A stretch of 64,000 bases of DNA from Anaerolineae bacterium (lineage in GTDB: Bacteria; Chloroflexota; Anaerolineae; S140-20), in contig JALUTT010000073.1 of assembly GCA_027021705.1 (NCBI GenBank), positions 37,993 to 101,992 on the forward strand, given 5' to 3'. Shown here one piece after another: positions 37,265 to 48,307 of the stretch. A program made the position numbers and the translations under genes. The notes below the pieces were generated by a model. It saw only the letters and a list, made by a program, of their open reading frames with translations. It was not told the DNA's origin and did no database searches. Position 1 is the stretch's first letter. Every line of letters begins with the position of its first letter.

Positions 37265-39937
37265 TCACGGGGCTTCCTCCAGCAGCCCGTAGAGACGGTC
37301 CAGGGCGGTGCGCAGGACCGGACGCGGCGGCCATTCCATCAGGGCCTCCTCCAGGGCGACCAGGGCGTCGGGCAGGGCAGTCCGGTCCTGGTCCATCGCA
37401 ATGGCCTCTTCCAGGAGGGCCAGCCCCTTCGTCTCCTCCCCCCGCAGGAGCCAGAAGTAGGCCCGGTAGAACTGGTGCGAGGCCTGACGGGGGCTGGTTC
37501 CCCACTCGCGCTCCCCGTGCTCGATGGCCCGCTGGTAGGATTCCAGGGCTTCGTCCTGACGGCCCGCCTTCTCCAGCACGATCCCCCGGTAGGCCCAGGC
37601 CCAGCTCCGGTTGGGGATCAGGCGCAGCACCTGCTCCAGACTCTCCAGCGCTTCGTCGTAGCGCCCCATCAGGGCCAGCACCCGGCCCCGCCCCTCCCAG
37701 GGCCAGTAAGAGTCCGGTTCCAGGTGAAGGCGGTGGTCGAAGGCGTCCAGGGCCTCCTGCAGGCGGCCGGCCATGCGCAGCGCGTTCCCCAACTGGCTCC
37801 AGGCCCATCCCCAAGAGGGGGCGAGTTCGGTCACCCGCTGGAAAGCCTCGGCCGCTTCGGGATACCGCTTCATCGCCGCCAGGGCTTCCCCTTTGCTGGC
37901 CCACACCCAGTCGGCGTCCGGCGTCAGGGCCAGCGCCCGGTCGAAGGCCTCCAGGGCTTCCTGGTAGCGTCGGGCGAAGCGAAGGGTCTCCCCCAGTTGG
38001 GCCCAAGCCCAGGCGTACTGGGGCTTGAGCTCCAGGGCGCGGTGGAGGGCGTCCAACGCTTCGTCGTAGCGTCCCAATTGCTGGAGGGTGCGCCCCAGGT
38101 GGGCCCACCCCCAGGCGTAGTCGGGGAGCAGCTCCAGCGCCCGCTGAAAGGCGTGGCGGGCGTCGGCCGGCCGATCGGCCAGGCGCAGGGTCTCCCCCAG
38201 TTGGGCCCAGGCCCAGCCGTACTCCTCGTCCAGGTGGATGGCCCGCTGGAAGGCGGCGATGGCCTCATCGAAGCGGCGGAGCTGGAGCAGCGCCTGCCCT
38301 TTGCTGGCCCAGGCCCAGGCGTAGTCGGGGTCAATCTCCAGGGCGCGGTCGAAGGCATCCAGCGCCCCCTCGGGGCGTTCGGAGAGCCGGAGCGCCTCCC
38401 CCAGGTGGGCCCAGGCCCATTCATAGGCTTCGTCCAGCTCCACAGCCCGTCGAAAGGCGGCGATGGCCTCGTCGAAACGGTCCAGCAGGGCCAGGGTCTC
38501 CCCCTTGCTGGCCCAGGCCCAGGCGTAGTCGGGCAGCAGTTCCAACGCCCGGTTGAAGGCGTCCAGGGCCCTCTCGAGATCGCGGCTCAGCCGGAGGGTC
38601 TCCCCCAGTTGGGCCCAGGCCCAGCCGTAGTCGGGGGCGATCTCCAGGGCCCGCTCCAGAGAGGCACGGGCGGCATCGTAGTAACCCATCCGGCGCTGGA
38701 GGGCCCCCTGTCGGGCCCAGGCCCAGGCGTAGTCGGGGGCTGCGGTGACCGCCCGGTCGAAGGCGGAGAGGGCATCCTCGTAGGCTCCCTGGTCTCGGAG
38801 CGTCTCGGCCATCCGTCCCCAGGCCCAGGCGTACTCGGGATCAAGCCGGACGGCCTGCTGGAAGTCGGCGAGGGCCTCATCGTAGCGTTGCATCTGGTGG
38901 AAGGCTTCGCCCCGGCTGGCCCAGGCCCAGGCATCCTCGGGGTCCGCGTCCAGCACCCGGCTGAGGACGTTGACCGCTTCGGGCAGCCGCTCGGCCAGGC
39001 GCAGGGCTTCCCCCAGGTGGGCCAGCGCCCACTGGTAGTCGGGGTCCAGGGCGACGGCCCGCTCCAGAGCGGAGACCGCCTCGTCGTACCGCTCCAGGTC
39101 AATCAGCGTCACCCCCAGGTGGGCCCAGGCCCACTCGTAGTCCGGGTCCAGGGTCACCGCCCGCCGGAAGGCACGGCGTGCTTTCTTCGCCTGTCCGTGG
39201 AGGCGGTAGGCCTCGCCCAGGCTGCCCCAGGCCCAGGCGTATTGGGGGTCCAGTTCGACGGCCCGCTTCAGGACGGGGATGGCTTCCTCGAAGCGGTTCA
39301 ACTGGTTGAGGACCTCTCCCAGCCGGCCCAAGGCCCAACTGTAGTCGGGGTTGAGGGCTACGGCCTGCTCAAAGGCTTCTCGGGCTTCCTCGTAGTTGCG
39401 CTGGAGGCGCAGGACCTCGCCCTTGTGGGCCCATGCCCAGGCGTACTCGGGGTCCAGGGCCAGGGCCCGATCGAAGGCGGCCAGAGCCTCTTCGGGCTGT
39501 CCCGACCGGGCGTGGGTCTCCCCCAAGCTGCCCCAGACCCACGCGATGTCGGGCTGCAGGTCAATGGCCTGGTACAGGTCGGCCAGGGCGTGTTCCAGGT
39601 GGTTTAGGAGGAGGTAGGTCTCGCCCCGGTGGGCCAGGGCCCAGGCATAGTCGGGCATCAGGGCCAGGGCCCGGTTGAAGGCGATGAGGGCATCCTCAAG
39701 GCGACCCAGGGCCAGCAGGGCCTCGCCCTTGTGGGCCCAGGCCCAGGCCGACCCTGGTACCAAGGCGATGAGTTCTTCGAAAGTGGACAGGGCGTCTTCC
39801 AGGCGTCCCTCTTCTCGCAGCCGGTGTCCCTCTTGGGCCAGATAGGCGGCGGTCTCCGGCAGCGGGCCTGCTGACGGCTCCCAACCCGCAGCTTCATCCT
39901 CTACGATCCGTCCCTGGTGAGAAGGTTTCTCCGCCAT
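37265..39937 (-). CDS. Tetratricopeptide-repeat protein (more than 20 TPRs, YAWAW type)
   Basis: 34-aa repeats of the form LDPDYAWAWAxLGExLRxxxRYxEALxAFDRAL. Confidence 0.95.
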   Translation of the reverse strand: MAEKPSHQGRIVEDEAAGWEPSAGPLPETAAYLAQEGHRLREEGRLEDALSTFEELIALVPGSAWAWAHKGEALLALGRLEDALIAFNRALALMPDYAWALAHRGETYLLLNHLEHALADLYQAIDLQPDIAWVWGSLGETHARSGQPEEALAAFDRALALDPEYAWAWAHKGEVLRLQRNYEEAREAFEQAVALNPDYSWALGRLGEVLNQLNRFEEAIPVLKRAVELDPQYAWAWGSLGEAYRLHGQAKKARRAFRRAVTLDPDYEWAWAHLGVTLIDLERYDEAVSALERAVALDPDYQWALAHLGEALRLAERLPEAVNVLSRVLDADPEDAWAWASRGEAFHQMQRYDEALADFQQAVRLDPEYAWAWGRMAETLRDQGAYEDALSAFDRAVTAAPDYAWAWARQGALQRRMGYYDAARASLERALEIAPDYGWAWAQLGETLRLSRDLERALDAFNRALELLPDYAWAWASKGETLALLDRFDEAIAAFRRAVELDEAYEWAWAHLGEALRLSERPEGALDAFDRALEIDPDYAWAWASKGQALLQLRRFDEAIAAFQRAIHLDEEYGWAWAQLGETLRLADRPADARHAFQRALELLPDYAWGWAHLGRTLQQLGRYDEALDALHRALELKPQYAWAWAQLGETLRFARRYQEALEAFDRALALTPDADWVWASKGEALAAMKRYPEAAEAFQRVTELAPSWGWAWSQLGNALRMAGRLQEALDAFDHRLHLEPDSYWPWEGRGRVLALMGRYDEALESLEQVLRLIPNRSWAWAYRGIVLEKAGRQDEALESYQRAIEHGEREWGTSPRQASHQFYRAYFWLLRGEETKGLALLEEAIAMDQDRTALPDALVALEEALMEWPPRPVLRTALDRLYGLLEEAP

Positions 39938-40046
39938 TCGCTTCCACCGCTCCTATCGTCTGACCAAACAACGACTTTCTGAACGGGAAGTGTACCACAA
40001 GTTGCACGGTAACCCAAGGCCTTTCAGGGCTCCATCCCTCGCAGTG

Positions 40047-40141
40047 ACCCTCCCGCAGGTGCCCCCCGCAGCCTGAAGCGGTCGTAGGCAGCCTCCGATA
40101 AGCCTTGCTATCGCCGGGCACCGCGGGACCTGCGGGAGGGT
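40047..40141. repeat. Inverted-repeat element family B, copy 2
   Basis: ACCCTCCCGCAGG/CCTGCGGGAGGGT ends. Interior alignable to the reverse complement of 54333..54428. Confidence 0.8.
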
Positions 40142-40182
40142 GATGTTGAGGCCCTGGCGGTAACCCAAGGACCCTGGCCGCT

Positions 40183-40797
40183 TCATTCCCCTTCGCTGAT
40201 TTCCCCTCCTATCCCTTCGCCGATCGCCTCCAGCAGGGCCGTCAAGGTGGGGTAATCGTCCCGCAGCAGCGTGGTCAATTCGGTGATCACCTGCATCCGC
40301 CAGGTGGGGCCGGCATCTGCCCAAGCTGCCTCGGCTTGGCGCAGGTGGGCGGCCAGCAACTGAGGGAGGGGGAGGTCCCGGGCGGTCAGGAGCAGCCGCA
40401 GGTAGCCCACCTCTTGGGTGAAGGTCCGCACCTCTTCGGGGTTGCAGAGGAGGACCTGGTCCAGACTCAGAGGGGGACGTGGGGGCAGGAGATGGTGGAC
40501 CCGTCCGCGCTCGTCCCGGTAGCCGACGGTGACGATTTCCATTTCGATGGGGACACGCCGGTTGCGCCGCTGATCTTCGATGACCTCGGGGGAGACGTCC
40601 TGGGCAACCACGAGCTGGCGCACCAGCGGGTCATCCTCGATGTGGATGTCGGCGATGAGGCCGTAGACTTGGTAGCCCCCGTCGCGAGGAATGGCTTTGA
40701 CCAGCGCGCCCAAGGCCGGCCCGGCCAGCTCGGTGACCCGACAGCCAACGGCGAAGGCAGTTGTGCTGGCCCGCAGGATTCGTCCGATCACGTCCAC
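40183..40797 (-). CDS. HAS-barrel domain protein
   Basis: IGRILRASTTAF, PALGALVK, VYGLI and LPPRPPLSLDQV motifs. Confidence 0.7.
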   Translation of the reverse strand: MDVIGRILRASTTAFAVGCRVTELAGPALGALVKAIPRDGGYQVYGLIADIHIEDDPLVRQLVVAQDVSPEVIEDQRRNRRVPIEMEIVTVGYRDERGRVHHLLPPRPPLSLDQVLLCNPEEVRTFTQEVGYLRLLLTARDLPLPQLLAAHLRQAEAAWADAGPTWRMQVITELTTLLRDDYPTLTALLEAIGEGIGGEISEGE

Positions 40798-41005
40798 GAG
40801 CCCCTCCCCCTTCCTGCCGAAAGCAGGAGAACCTGATCTTCCCCAACAGATGCTCCGGTTCAGATTATACCCTACACTCCCGCTCTTGCCCAGCCCCCCT
40901 TGCCTTTCCCTGTTATCTGTGTTAAACTACCGGGCGCTCTGAGAACCCGTTGATCCGACCTCTGAAGTCTCGAAAGGGTCCTGTCGGCGGCGAAAGGGAT
41001 GGTTC

Positions 41006-41791
41006 TTGGCTCACCCCTTGAAGCCTTCAGAGGTCCAGAAGGACGCGATGGTCGAGGGAATGGCATTGGGCAGACGAACGCTCCCTGTGGGGATACTCCT
41101 GCTGGTCCTGATCACGGTTGGGCTCCCCGTCCACGCCAGCCCGCTCCTCCAGGCCGGCGGCGTGGCAGAGATCACCTCCCCCAAGAATGGGGAACGGCTG
41201 AGCGGCGTGGTCCAGATCATCGGCACCGCCACCCATCCTCAGTTCCAGCGCTACGAACTCCACTTCGGCCCGGTGCCCAACAACACCGATCAGTGGTACG
41301 GCATCGGTGACCCGGTGCCCACCCAGGTCGAAAACGGCTTACTGGCCGTGTGGGACACCACCTACATCCCTGACGGCACCTACGCCATCCGGCTGAGGGT
41401 GGTGCGCCAAGACGGCAACTACACCGAGAAGATCGTCCAGGTGGTGATCGTCAACAGCGAGCCGACGCCGACGCCGACGCCGGCCGAGCCGACGGCGACG
41501 CCCCTGCCCACGGCGGTGGCGGCCACCCCCACGCCGGTGCCCATCGAACTGCCGCCGACGGAGACCCCCCGCCCCTCGCCGACGCCAGGCGGTCCCCCCA
41601 CCCTCACCCCCACGCCTTCCGCCTCGGTCCTGGCTGCCGTCAACTTCCGGGGCTGGCGGGATGCCTTCTGCAATGGCGCCCTGCTGACGGTGCTGCTCTT
41701 CGCGGTCTGGGGCATTCTCCTCTTCTTGCGGGAGGCGATCCGCTTCCTCCTGCGCCGGGGGCGCGAAGACCAACTCCTCCCCCCACCCTGA
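41006..41791 (+). CDS. Exported Ig-like domain protein with a Pro/Thr linker and C-terminal membrane anchor
   Basis: Signal peptide (likely start 41060). ITSPKNGERLSG...WDTTYIPDGTYAIRLRV, PTPTP repeats and a C-terminal TM. Confidence 0.85.
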   Translation: MAHPLKPSEVQKDAMVEGMALGRRTLPVGILLLVLITVGLPVHASPLLQAGGVAEITSPKNGERLSGVVQIIGTATHPQFQRYELHFGPVPNNTDQWYGIGDPVPTQVENGLLAVWDTTYIPDGTYAIRLRVVRQDGNYTEKIVQVVIVNSEPTPTPTPAEPTATPLPTAVAATPTPVPIELPPTETPRPSPTPGGPPTLTPTPSASVLAAVNFRGWRDAFCNGALLTVLLFAVWGILLFLREAIRFLLRRGREDQLLPPP

Positions 41792-41852
41792 TCCCGCCTC
41801 GGTGGTTGCCCACCGGGAGGCCATTTACCCAATTGCCCTACTTCCTGTGGCT

Positions 41853-41881
41853 TTGGCTCTTCTCCCCATCCGAAGTATAAT
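41853..41881 (+). promoter_or_regulatory. Sigma70 promoter
   Basis: TTGGCT-17nt-TATAAT. Confidence 0.6.
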
Positions 41882-41961
41882 CCCTGTATCGGAGCCTGGT
41901 GCTTCGTCAAACGGATTCAGAATCCCCTTGATGGACTGACCATACCTGGAGGGGCCGGTCC

Positions 41962-42501
41962 GTGGTGACGCCTGTTGAGTTGATTCCCTATCGAACGACC
42001 AGCGACGACTACAGGCTGACCGAGGATCTCAAATCCCGCTTCGCACGCCTACGCCTGCAACGTCGCCCTTTGTATCTGACCTGTGATGAGTTCGACCAGA
42101 TTTTGAAGTGGAAACTGGGAAGGCAGTATGGTAGACAGCGGGAAAGGCGCAAAGCCAACACAGAAGAGGTGATACGTACAGTTACAAGCGCCGCGTTTGC
42201 CATCGAGCATCCCGATGAAGAGTACGAATTGGAACTACGGATGAGCATTCTTTGCTCGTTGCGTGGGGTAGGCGTACCTGTCGCTTCTGCCGTTCTGGCG
42301 CTAGTCTTTCCCGAAAAATATGCGGTGATTGACTTCCGAGGATGGAGACAGGTGTTTGGCGAAGAAAAGAGGATCTTCTCCATCCCGGATTACAAACGGT
42401 ATCTTCGCGAAGTGCGGCGACTGGCCGATGAGCTGGGATGGCCTGTTCAGGAAGTTGATCTGGCGATCTGGGAGTATGACCGAGCAAATTCAAAAAGGTG
42501 A
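41962..42501 (+). CDS. Hypothetical protein with a helix-hairpin-helix glycosylase-like motif
   Basis: ILKWK, LRGVGVPVASAVL, YAVIDFR and VDLAIW motifs. Visibly AT-richer than the flanks. Confidence 0.75.
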   Translation: MVTPVELIPYRTTSDDYRLTEDLKSRFARLRLQRRPLYLTCDEFDQILKWKLGRQYGRQRERRKANTEEVIRTVTSAAFAIEHPDEEYELELRMSILCSLRGVGVPVASAVLALVFPEKYAVIDFRGWRQVFGEEKRIFSIPDYKRYLREVRRLADELGWPVQEVDLAIWEYDRANSKR

Positions 42502-42533
42502 ATTTCTAGGATGTTCGAGGTAAGGCCTAAGAG

Positions 42534-43124
42534 GTGATCGCGCACGAGCCTTGCTGGCTTATCGTCGGGCTGGGGAATCCCGGTCGTCGGTACGCCCGCC
42601 ACCGCCACAACATCGGCTTCCGCTGCCTGGACCGGCTGGCCGCCCGCCACGGCCTGGTCTTCGACCGGGTGCAGAACCGGGCGTTGCTGGCCACAGGCCG
42701 CATCGCTGACCGGGCCGTTGTCCTGGCCAAGCCCCAGACCTTTATGAACGAGAGCGGGCGGGCCGTTGCCCCCCTGGTCCGTGCCTACCACGTGCCGCTG
42801 GAGCGTCTGCTGGTCGTCTACGACGACCTGGACCTGCCCCCGGGCACCATCCGCCTCCGGCCCGAGGGGGGAAGTGGTGGCCACCGGGGGATGCGCTCCG
42901 TCATCGAGGCCCTGGGGTCCCAGGACTTCCCCCGCCTGCGGGTGGGGATCGGGCGGCCACCGGGCCGAATGGACCCGGCCGACTATGTGCTCCAGGACCT
43001 CTCGCCGGAGGAAGAGGAACGCTTCGACCGGGTCTGCGAGCGGGTGGCCGAGGCCATCCACTGCTGGCTGACAGAAGGGATCGTGTTGGCGATGAGCCGG
43101 TACAACGGGCCGGCCATCCAATGA
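42534..43124 (+). CDS. pth: Peptidyl-tRNA hydrolase
   Basis: LIVGLGNPG, RHNIGF, KPQTFMNESG, DDLDL, GGHRG and RLRVGIGRP motifs. Confidence 0.97.
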   Translation: MIAHEPCWLIVGLGNPGRRYARHRHNIGFRCLDRLAARHGLVFDRVQNRALLATGRIADRAVVLAKPQTFMNESGRAVAPLVRAYHVPLERLLVVYDDLDLPPGTIRLRPEGGSGGHRGMRSVIEALGSQDFPRLRVGIGRPPGRMDPADYVLQDLSPEEEERFDRVCERVAEAIHCWLTEGIVLAMSRYNGPAIQ

Positions 43125-43151
43125 TTCTGAGATGCCTAGGAGGAAAGAGAA

Positions 43152-43376
43152 ATGAACCGGGAGAAGGTTAAGGAAGCTCGATTGCTTGGCCGTTATCTTA
43201 TCGCTGACCCAAGGGTCTGTCACGGTCAGCCAACTTTTCGTGGCACGCGCGTCTTGGTGTCGGACGTGCTCGAACAGGTTGCCAATGGAATGGCCTGGGA
43301 GGCCATCATTGAGGAATGGAATGGTAGCATCACCGAAGAGGCCATTGCCGAAGCTGTCCAATTGGCCATTGTATGA
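43152..43376 (+). CDS. DUF433 domain protein (antitoxin-like)
   Basis: IADPRVCHGQPTFRGTRVLVSDVLE motif. Confidence 0.88.
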   Translation: MNREKVKEARLLGRYLIADPRVCHGQPTFRGTRVLVSDVLEQVANGMAWEAIIEEWNGSITEEAIAEAVQLAIV

Positions 43377-46300
43377 ACCTCTCGCCTCTGCTTGCTTTGA
43401 TCGCCCAAGCGCCGGGCTATGCGGAACTGAAGAGCACGTTGCAGTCGGAGAAGGAGTCGGCACTCCGGCGCGGCCGGCCCCTGGGCCTGCTTCGGGCAGC
43501 CCGACCGGCGCTGCTGGCGGCCCTGGCCCAGGACCTCTCCCGTCCCCTCCTCGTCGTCGTCGCCACCGCCGAACGCTCCCGCGCCCTGACCGAGAGCCTC
43601 CGGGCTTGGATGGCCGATCCGACCCGCCTCCACCGCTTCCCGGAGCCCAACGCCCTCTTCTACGAACGCGCCCCCTGGACCCAGGAGGTGGTCGTCGGCC
43701 GGCTCCAGACCCTCGCCGCCCTGCTGGAGCCCGGAGACCGCCCGCCCATCGTCGTCACCTCCGTCCGCGCCCTGATGCAGGTCACCCTGCCCCCGCGCCA
43801 GTTCCGGCTGGGCACCCGGACCCTGCGCCAGGGCCAACTCACCTCGATGGAGAAGCTGGTGGCCGCCTGGCTGGGGCTGGGCTACCGGCCGGCCACCGTC
43901 GTCGAAGTGCCGGGCCAGTTCAGCCGCCGAGGCGGCATCCTGGACGTCTACCCACCTACCGACGAAGGACCGGTGCGCATCGAGTTCTTCGGCGACGAGG
44001 TTGAGAGCCTGCGTCGCTTCGACCCGGCCACCCAGCGCTCCCGAGAGCGGCTGGAGCGGATCACCATCCCGCCGGCCAGCGAAGCCCTTCCCCGCCTCGG
44101 CCCCGCCATCGCTCCGAAGCTGACCCCTTGGGACCTCTCCCGGCTTCCCAAGGACGAGGCGGAGCCGCTGCGCCGTGACCGTCAGCGGCTGGCGGAGGGC
44201 AGCTTCTTCCCGGAGCTTCCCTTCTACCTGCCCTACCTCTACGCCCCCACCCCCTCCTGGCTGCTGGACTACCTGCCCCCGGAGGGGCTCATCGTCGTCG
44301 AAGAGCCGGAGGCGCTGCGTGACGCTTGGGCCGACCTGGAGCAGCAGGCCCACCGCCTGCGGGAGGAGGCCACCCGGCAGGGCCGGCTCCCCCCCGGCTA
44401 TCCGCCCCCCTACCTCCCTTGGGAGCGATGGCAAGAGGCCCTGACCCGCCGTCCCTGGTTGAACCTGGGCTACGGGGAAGAGGAGGAAACCCATCCCCAT
44501 CCGCTCTCCAACGCCTTCATCCCCGGCCCCCGCTTCGGCGGCCAGATCAAGCCCCTGCTGGGCCACCTGCGGAGTGCCCAGGCCGTCGGGGAGCCGGTCA
44601 TCCTGATCAGCCGCCAGGCCCCTCGGCTGGCCGAACTGTGGACCCAAGAGACGGGCCAGGACGCGCCGCTCCAGGACGCGCTCCCCATCGCCGACGGCCT
44701 GCTCCCCCCGCTCACCTTCGTTCAGGGTGTTCTGGAGGAAGGGTGGAGCTTGCGCACGGAGAGGAGGGGAGGAGCCCCGGCCCGGACGATCCACCTCTTC
44801 ACCGACGCCGAGCTTTTCGGATGGCGTCGGCCGGCCCCCCGTCGGCGTCCCCGCCCCCGCCCCATCGCCCCCGAATCCCCCTTCACCGACCTGGAGCCGG
44901 GCGACTACGTCGTCCACATCGAGCACGGCATCGGCATCTTCCGGGGCCTGACGACGCTGCACAGCAACGGCAGCGAGCGGGAGTACCTGGTCATCCAGTA
45001 CGCCGGCGAAGACCGGCTCTACGTCCCCATCCACCAGGCCGACCGGGTCAGCCGCTACATCGGGACGGAGGACCGTCCGCCCCGCCTCCACCGGCTGGGG
45101 ACCGCCGAGTGGGACCGGGTGAAGCGGCAGGCGAAGCAGGCCGTCGAGCAGGTGGCCCGGGAGTTGCTGGAGCTCTACGCCGCCCGCGAACTGGTCCCCG
45201 GCCACGCCTTCTCCCCCGACACCGACTGGCAGCACGAACTGGAGGCCGCTTTCCCCTACATCGAGACGGAGGATCAGATCCAGGCCATCGAGGCGGTGAA
45301 GCGGGATATGGAACGGCCCCGCCCGATGGACCGGCTCATCTGCGGCGACGCAGGGTACGGCAAGACGGAGGTGGCCCTGCGGGCCGCCTTCAAGGCGGTG
45401 ATGGACGGCAAGCAGGTCGCCTTCCTGGTGCCCACCACCGTCCTGGCCCAGCAGCACTACAACACCTTCCGCGAGCGGCTGGCCCCCTTCCCCGTCGAGG
45501 TCGAGATGCTCTCCCGCTTCCGCTCCCCCCGCGAGCAGCGGGAGATCCTGGAGCGGCTGGAGGCCGGCCAGGTGGACATCGTCATCGGCACCCACCGGCT
45601 CCTCAGCCCCGACGTCCGCTTCAAGGACCTGGGCCTGCTCATCATTGACGAGGAACAGCGCTTCGGCGTGACCCACAAAGAGCGGCTGAAGCGGATGCGG
45701 ACCCAGGTGGACGTGCTGACGATGACGGCGACCCCCATCCCCCGCACCCTCTACATGGCCCTCACCGGCGTGCGGGAGATCAGCACCATCGAGACGCCGC
45801 CGGAGGAGCGGCTGCCGGTGACCATCCACGTGGGGGAGTACGACCCCAACGTCGTGCGCCACGCCATCCTGCGGGAACTGGAGCGCGGGGGGCAGGTCTT
45901 CTACGTCCACAACCGGGTCCAGACCATCGCCACGGTGAAGCGGCGGCTGGAGCGGCTGGTGCCGGAGGCCCGGATCGCCATCGCCCACGGCCAGATGCGG
46001 GAGGCGGACCTGGAGCGGGTGATGCTCCGTTTCGTGGATGGCGAGGTGGACCTGCTCCTGACGACGACCATCATCGAGAGTGGGCTGGACATCCCCAACG
46101 CCAACACCATCATCGTCGAGGACGCCGATCGCTTCGGGCTGGCGCAACTCTACCAGCTTCGGGGCCGGGTGGGGCGCGGCGCGATGCGGGCCTACGCCTA
46201 CTTCTTCTACCGTCGGGGGCGGATGACGGAAGAGGCCCGACAGCGGCTGGAAACGATCCGGGAGACCGGGGGGAGGCTGGGGGCCGGCTTCAACATCGCC

Positions 46301-46930
46301 ATGCGCGACCTGGAGATCCGGGGCGCGGGGGAGCTGTTGGGCGTCCGGCAGCACGGCCACATCGCCGCCGTGGGCTTCGACCTCTACACCCGGCTGCTGG
46401 CCCAGGCGGTCCAGGAACTGAAGGCCCGACGGGGGGAGACGCTCCGAGAGCGGGAACGGGGGATGCCCACGTTGCCCCCGTTGGTGACCATAGACCTGCC
46501 CCTGCCGGCCTACATCCCCGAGGCCTACGTGTCCGACCAGACGCTGCGGCTCCGCCTCTACCGGCGGCTGGCCCAGGTCGCCCGGCTGGAGGAGGTGGAG
46601 GCGATGGCCGAGGAACTGGCCGACCGCTTCGGCCCCCGGCCCCAGGAGGTGGAGAACCTGCTCTTCCAACTGCGGATCAAAGTGCTGGCCGGACGGGCCG
46701 GCGTGCGGGCCATCCGGCTGGAGGCGGGCAAGCTGGCCGTCTACTGCGACCGGCTGGCGGAGGTGAACCGGCCGGGGCTGCAACGACGGCTGGGCCACGG
46801 CATCCGGGTGGGTCGGCGGGCCATCTGGATCCCCTGGCTCTCCCGAGAGCGGGCCTGGGCCGGGAAATCGGCGATCTCCTGGCAGGAACTGCTGGTGCGG
46901 GTGCTGGAGACGCTGGCGACGGAGCGGTGA
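43373..46930 (+). CDS. mfd: Transcription-repair coupling factor
   Basis: [62 protein letters not shown] and a TRCF C-terminal domain. Confidence 0.98.
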   Translation: MNLSPLLALIAQAPGYAELKSTLQSEKESALRRGRPLGLLRAARPALLAALAQDLSRPLLVVVATAERSRALTESLRAWMADPTRLHRFPEPNALFYERAPWTQEVVVGRLQTLAALLEPGDRPPIVVTSVRALMQVTLPPRQFRLGTRTLRQGQLTSMEKLVAAWLGLGYRPATVVEVPGQFSRRGGILDVYPPTDEGPVRIEFFGDEVESLRRFDPATQRSRERLERITIPPASEALPRLGPAIAPKLTPWDLSRLPKDEAEPLRRDRQRLAEGSFFPELPFYLPYLYAPTPSWLLDYLPPEGLIVVEEPEALRDAWADLEQQAHRLREEATRQGRLPPGYPPPYLPWERWQEALTRRPWLNLGYGEEEETHPHPLSNAFIPGPRFGGQIKPLLGHLRSAQAVGEPVILISRQAPRLAELWTQETGQDAPLQDALPIADGLLPPLTFVQGVLEEGWSLRTERRGGAPARTIHLFTDAELFGWRRPAPRRRPRPRPIAPESPFTDLEPGDYVVHIEHGIGIFRGLTTLHSNGSEREYLVIQYAGEDRLYVPIHQADRVSRYIGTEDRPPRLHRLGTAEWDRVKRQAKQAVEQVARELLELYAARELVPGHAFSPDTDWQHELEAAFPYIETEDQIQAIEAVKRDMERPRPMDRLICGDAGYGKTEVALRAAFKAVMDGKQVAFLVPTTVLAQQHYNTFRERLAPFPVEVEMLSRFRSPREQREILERLEAGQVDIVIGTHRLLSPDVRFKDLGLLIIDEEQRFGVTHKERLKRMRTQVDVLTMTATPIPRTLYMALTGVREISTIETPPEERLPVTIHVGEYDPNVVRHAILRELERGGQVFYVHNRVQTIATVKRRLERLVPEARIAIAHGQMREADLERVMLRFVDGEVDLLLTTTIIESGLDIPNANTIIVEDADRFGLAQLYQLRGRVGRGAMRAYAYFFYRRGRMTEEARQRLETIRETGGRLGAGFNIAMRDLEIRGAGELLGVRQHGHIAAVGFDLYTRLLAQAVQELKARRGETLRERERGMPTLPPLVTIDLPLPAYIPEAYVSDQTLRLRLYRRLAQVARLEEVEAMAEELADRFGPRPQEVENLLFQLRIKVLAGRAGVRAIRLEAGKLAVYCDRLAEVNRPGLQRRLGHGIRVGRRAIWIPWLSRERAWAGKSAISWQELLVRVLETLATER

Positions 46931-46933
46931 GCG

Positions 46934-48034
46934 GTGCGCATCGGCATAGACGCTCGGCTGCTGGCCTACCGGATGGGGGGGATCAGCCGCTACACCTGGC
47001 ACCTGATCCAGGGCTTCGCGGCGATGGCGACGCCCCATCAGTTCGTCGTCCTCCAGAGCCGGAAGCAGCGCTCTTCCCTGGTCGAAGCGCCCCAGGTGCA
47101 GACCGTCTCCCTCTGGACCCCTCCCCACCACCGCTGGGAGGGATGGGCCCTCTCCCTGGAGCTCTGGCCCCGCCGTCTGCACCTCCTCCACAGCCCCGAC
47201 TTCATCCCCCCCCGTTACGGCTCCTTCCGGCGGGTCATCACCGTCCACGACCTGAACTTTCTCTACTACCCCGAGTTCCTCACCGCCGAGAGCGCCCGCT
47301 ACTACGGCCAGATTGACCGGGCCGTCCGGCAGGCGGACCACATCCTGGCCGACTCCCACGCCACCCGGCGGGACCTGATCGAGCGGCTGGGGGTGCCGCC
47401 GGAGAAGGTGACGGTCGTCCACCTGGCCGCCGACCCCCGCTGCCGACCGCTGGCGCCGGCCCAAGCGCGGGCGGTGGCCGACCGCTACGGGCTGCCGGAG
47501 CCCTTTCTGCTCTTCGTGGGGACGCTGGAGCCCCGCAAGAACGTGCCCACGCTGCTGGAGGCGATCCACCGGCTGCGACAGACCGGCCTGGAGGTGCCCC
47601 TGGTCCTGGTGGGCCGGCGGGGCTGGCTCTACGATGAGATCTTCGCCCGGCTGCAGGCCCTGGGGCTGGAGGGGCAGGTCCGCTTCCTGGAGGGGGTCTC
47701 CGACGAGGACCTGGTGGGGCTCTACAACGCGGCCCGCTGTCTGGTGCTTCCCTCCTTCTACGAGGGGTTCGGGTTGCCGGCCCTGGAGGCGATGGCTTGC
47801 GGCACGCCCGTCGTCGTCTCCGACCGGGCCTCGCTGCCCGAGGTCGTGGGGGAGGCGGGGCTGCTGGTGGACCCGACCTCCCCGGAGGCGCTGGCCGAGG
47901 CCATCGGGCGGGTGTGGGAGGACGAGGCGTTGCGCCGGCGGATGCGTCGGCAGGGGCTGGCCCAGGCGGCCCGCTTCTCCTGGGAGCGGGTGGTGCGGGA
48001 GACGTTGGCCGTCTACGAGGATGTGGGGCGGTAG
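46934..48034 (+). CDS. Glycosyltransferase family 4
   Basis: MRIGIDAR, VGTLEPRKN and EGFGLPALEAMACGTPV motifs. Confidence 0.94.
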   Translation: MRIGIDARLLAYRMGGISRYTWHLIQGFAAMATPHQFVVLQSRKQRSSLVEAPQVQTVSLWTPPHHRWEGWALSLELWPRRLHLLHSPDFIPPRYGSFRRVITVHDLNFLYYPEFLTAESARYYGQIDRAVRQADHILADSHATRRDLIERLGVPPEKVTVVHLAADPRCRPLAPAQARAVADRYGLPEPFLLFVGTLEPRKNVPTLLEAIHRLRQTGLEVPLVLVGRRGWLYDEIFARLQALGLEGQVRFLEGVSDEDLVGLYNAARCLVLPSFYEGFGLPALEAMACGTPVVVSDRASLPEVVGEAGLLVDPTSPEALAEAIGRVWEDEALRRRMRRQGLAQAARFSWERVVRETLAVYEDVGR

Positions 48035-48149
48035 AGGGCAGCCACCGATGCCCCCTCCGGTGGTCTCCCCATAGACGTTGTCCGCCGGGCCCTCCTGGCC
48101 CCTTCACCTTGGTGTGAGGAAATCCACGTCTCGTCCGTGAATCCATCCA

Positions 48150-48178
48150 TAGACAAACCCGCCCTGGCGTGGTACTCT
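48150..48178 (+). promoter_or_regulatory. Sigma70 promoter for the tRNA-like gene
   Basis: TAGACA-17nt-TACTCT with extended TG. Confidence 0.55.
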
Positions 48179-48193
48179 GGGTCCGAGCGCGGA

Positions 48194-48268
48194 GGTCAGG
48201 TAGCTCACCGGCAGAGCGCACGTTGAACGATCGTGAGGCAGTGGGTTCGATTCCCACCCTGACCACCA
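48194..48268 (+). tRNA. Atypical tRNA or tRNA-like RNA (nominal anticodon AAC; identity undetermined)
   Basis: Acceptor stem GGTCAGG/CCTGACC, D stem GCTC/GAGC, T arm GTGGG-TTCGATT-CCCAC and encoded ACCA end. Anticodon arm is irregular. Confidence 0.8.
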
Positions 48269-48307
48269 TCGAGGTTAGCGACGAGGGGTGGGGGATCAAG
48301 AAGCATC

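Noticed and set aside
35666..39607. 1313-aa plus-strand ORF
   Set aside because: Antisense shadow of the TPR and GT4 genes in high-GC DNA, with no recognisable motifs.
43226..47569. 1447-aa minus-strand ORF
   Set aside because: Antisense shadow of mfd and the GT4 gene.
48194..48268. tRNA as the attachment site of an integrated island
   Set aside because: I saw no integrase and no duplicated tRNA 3' end in the window.
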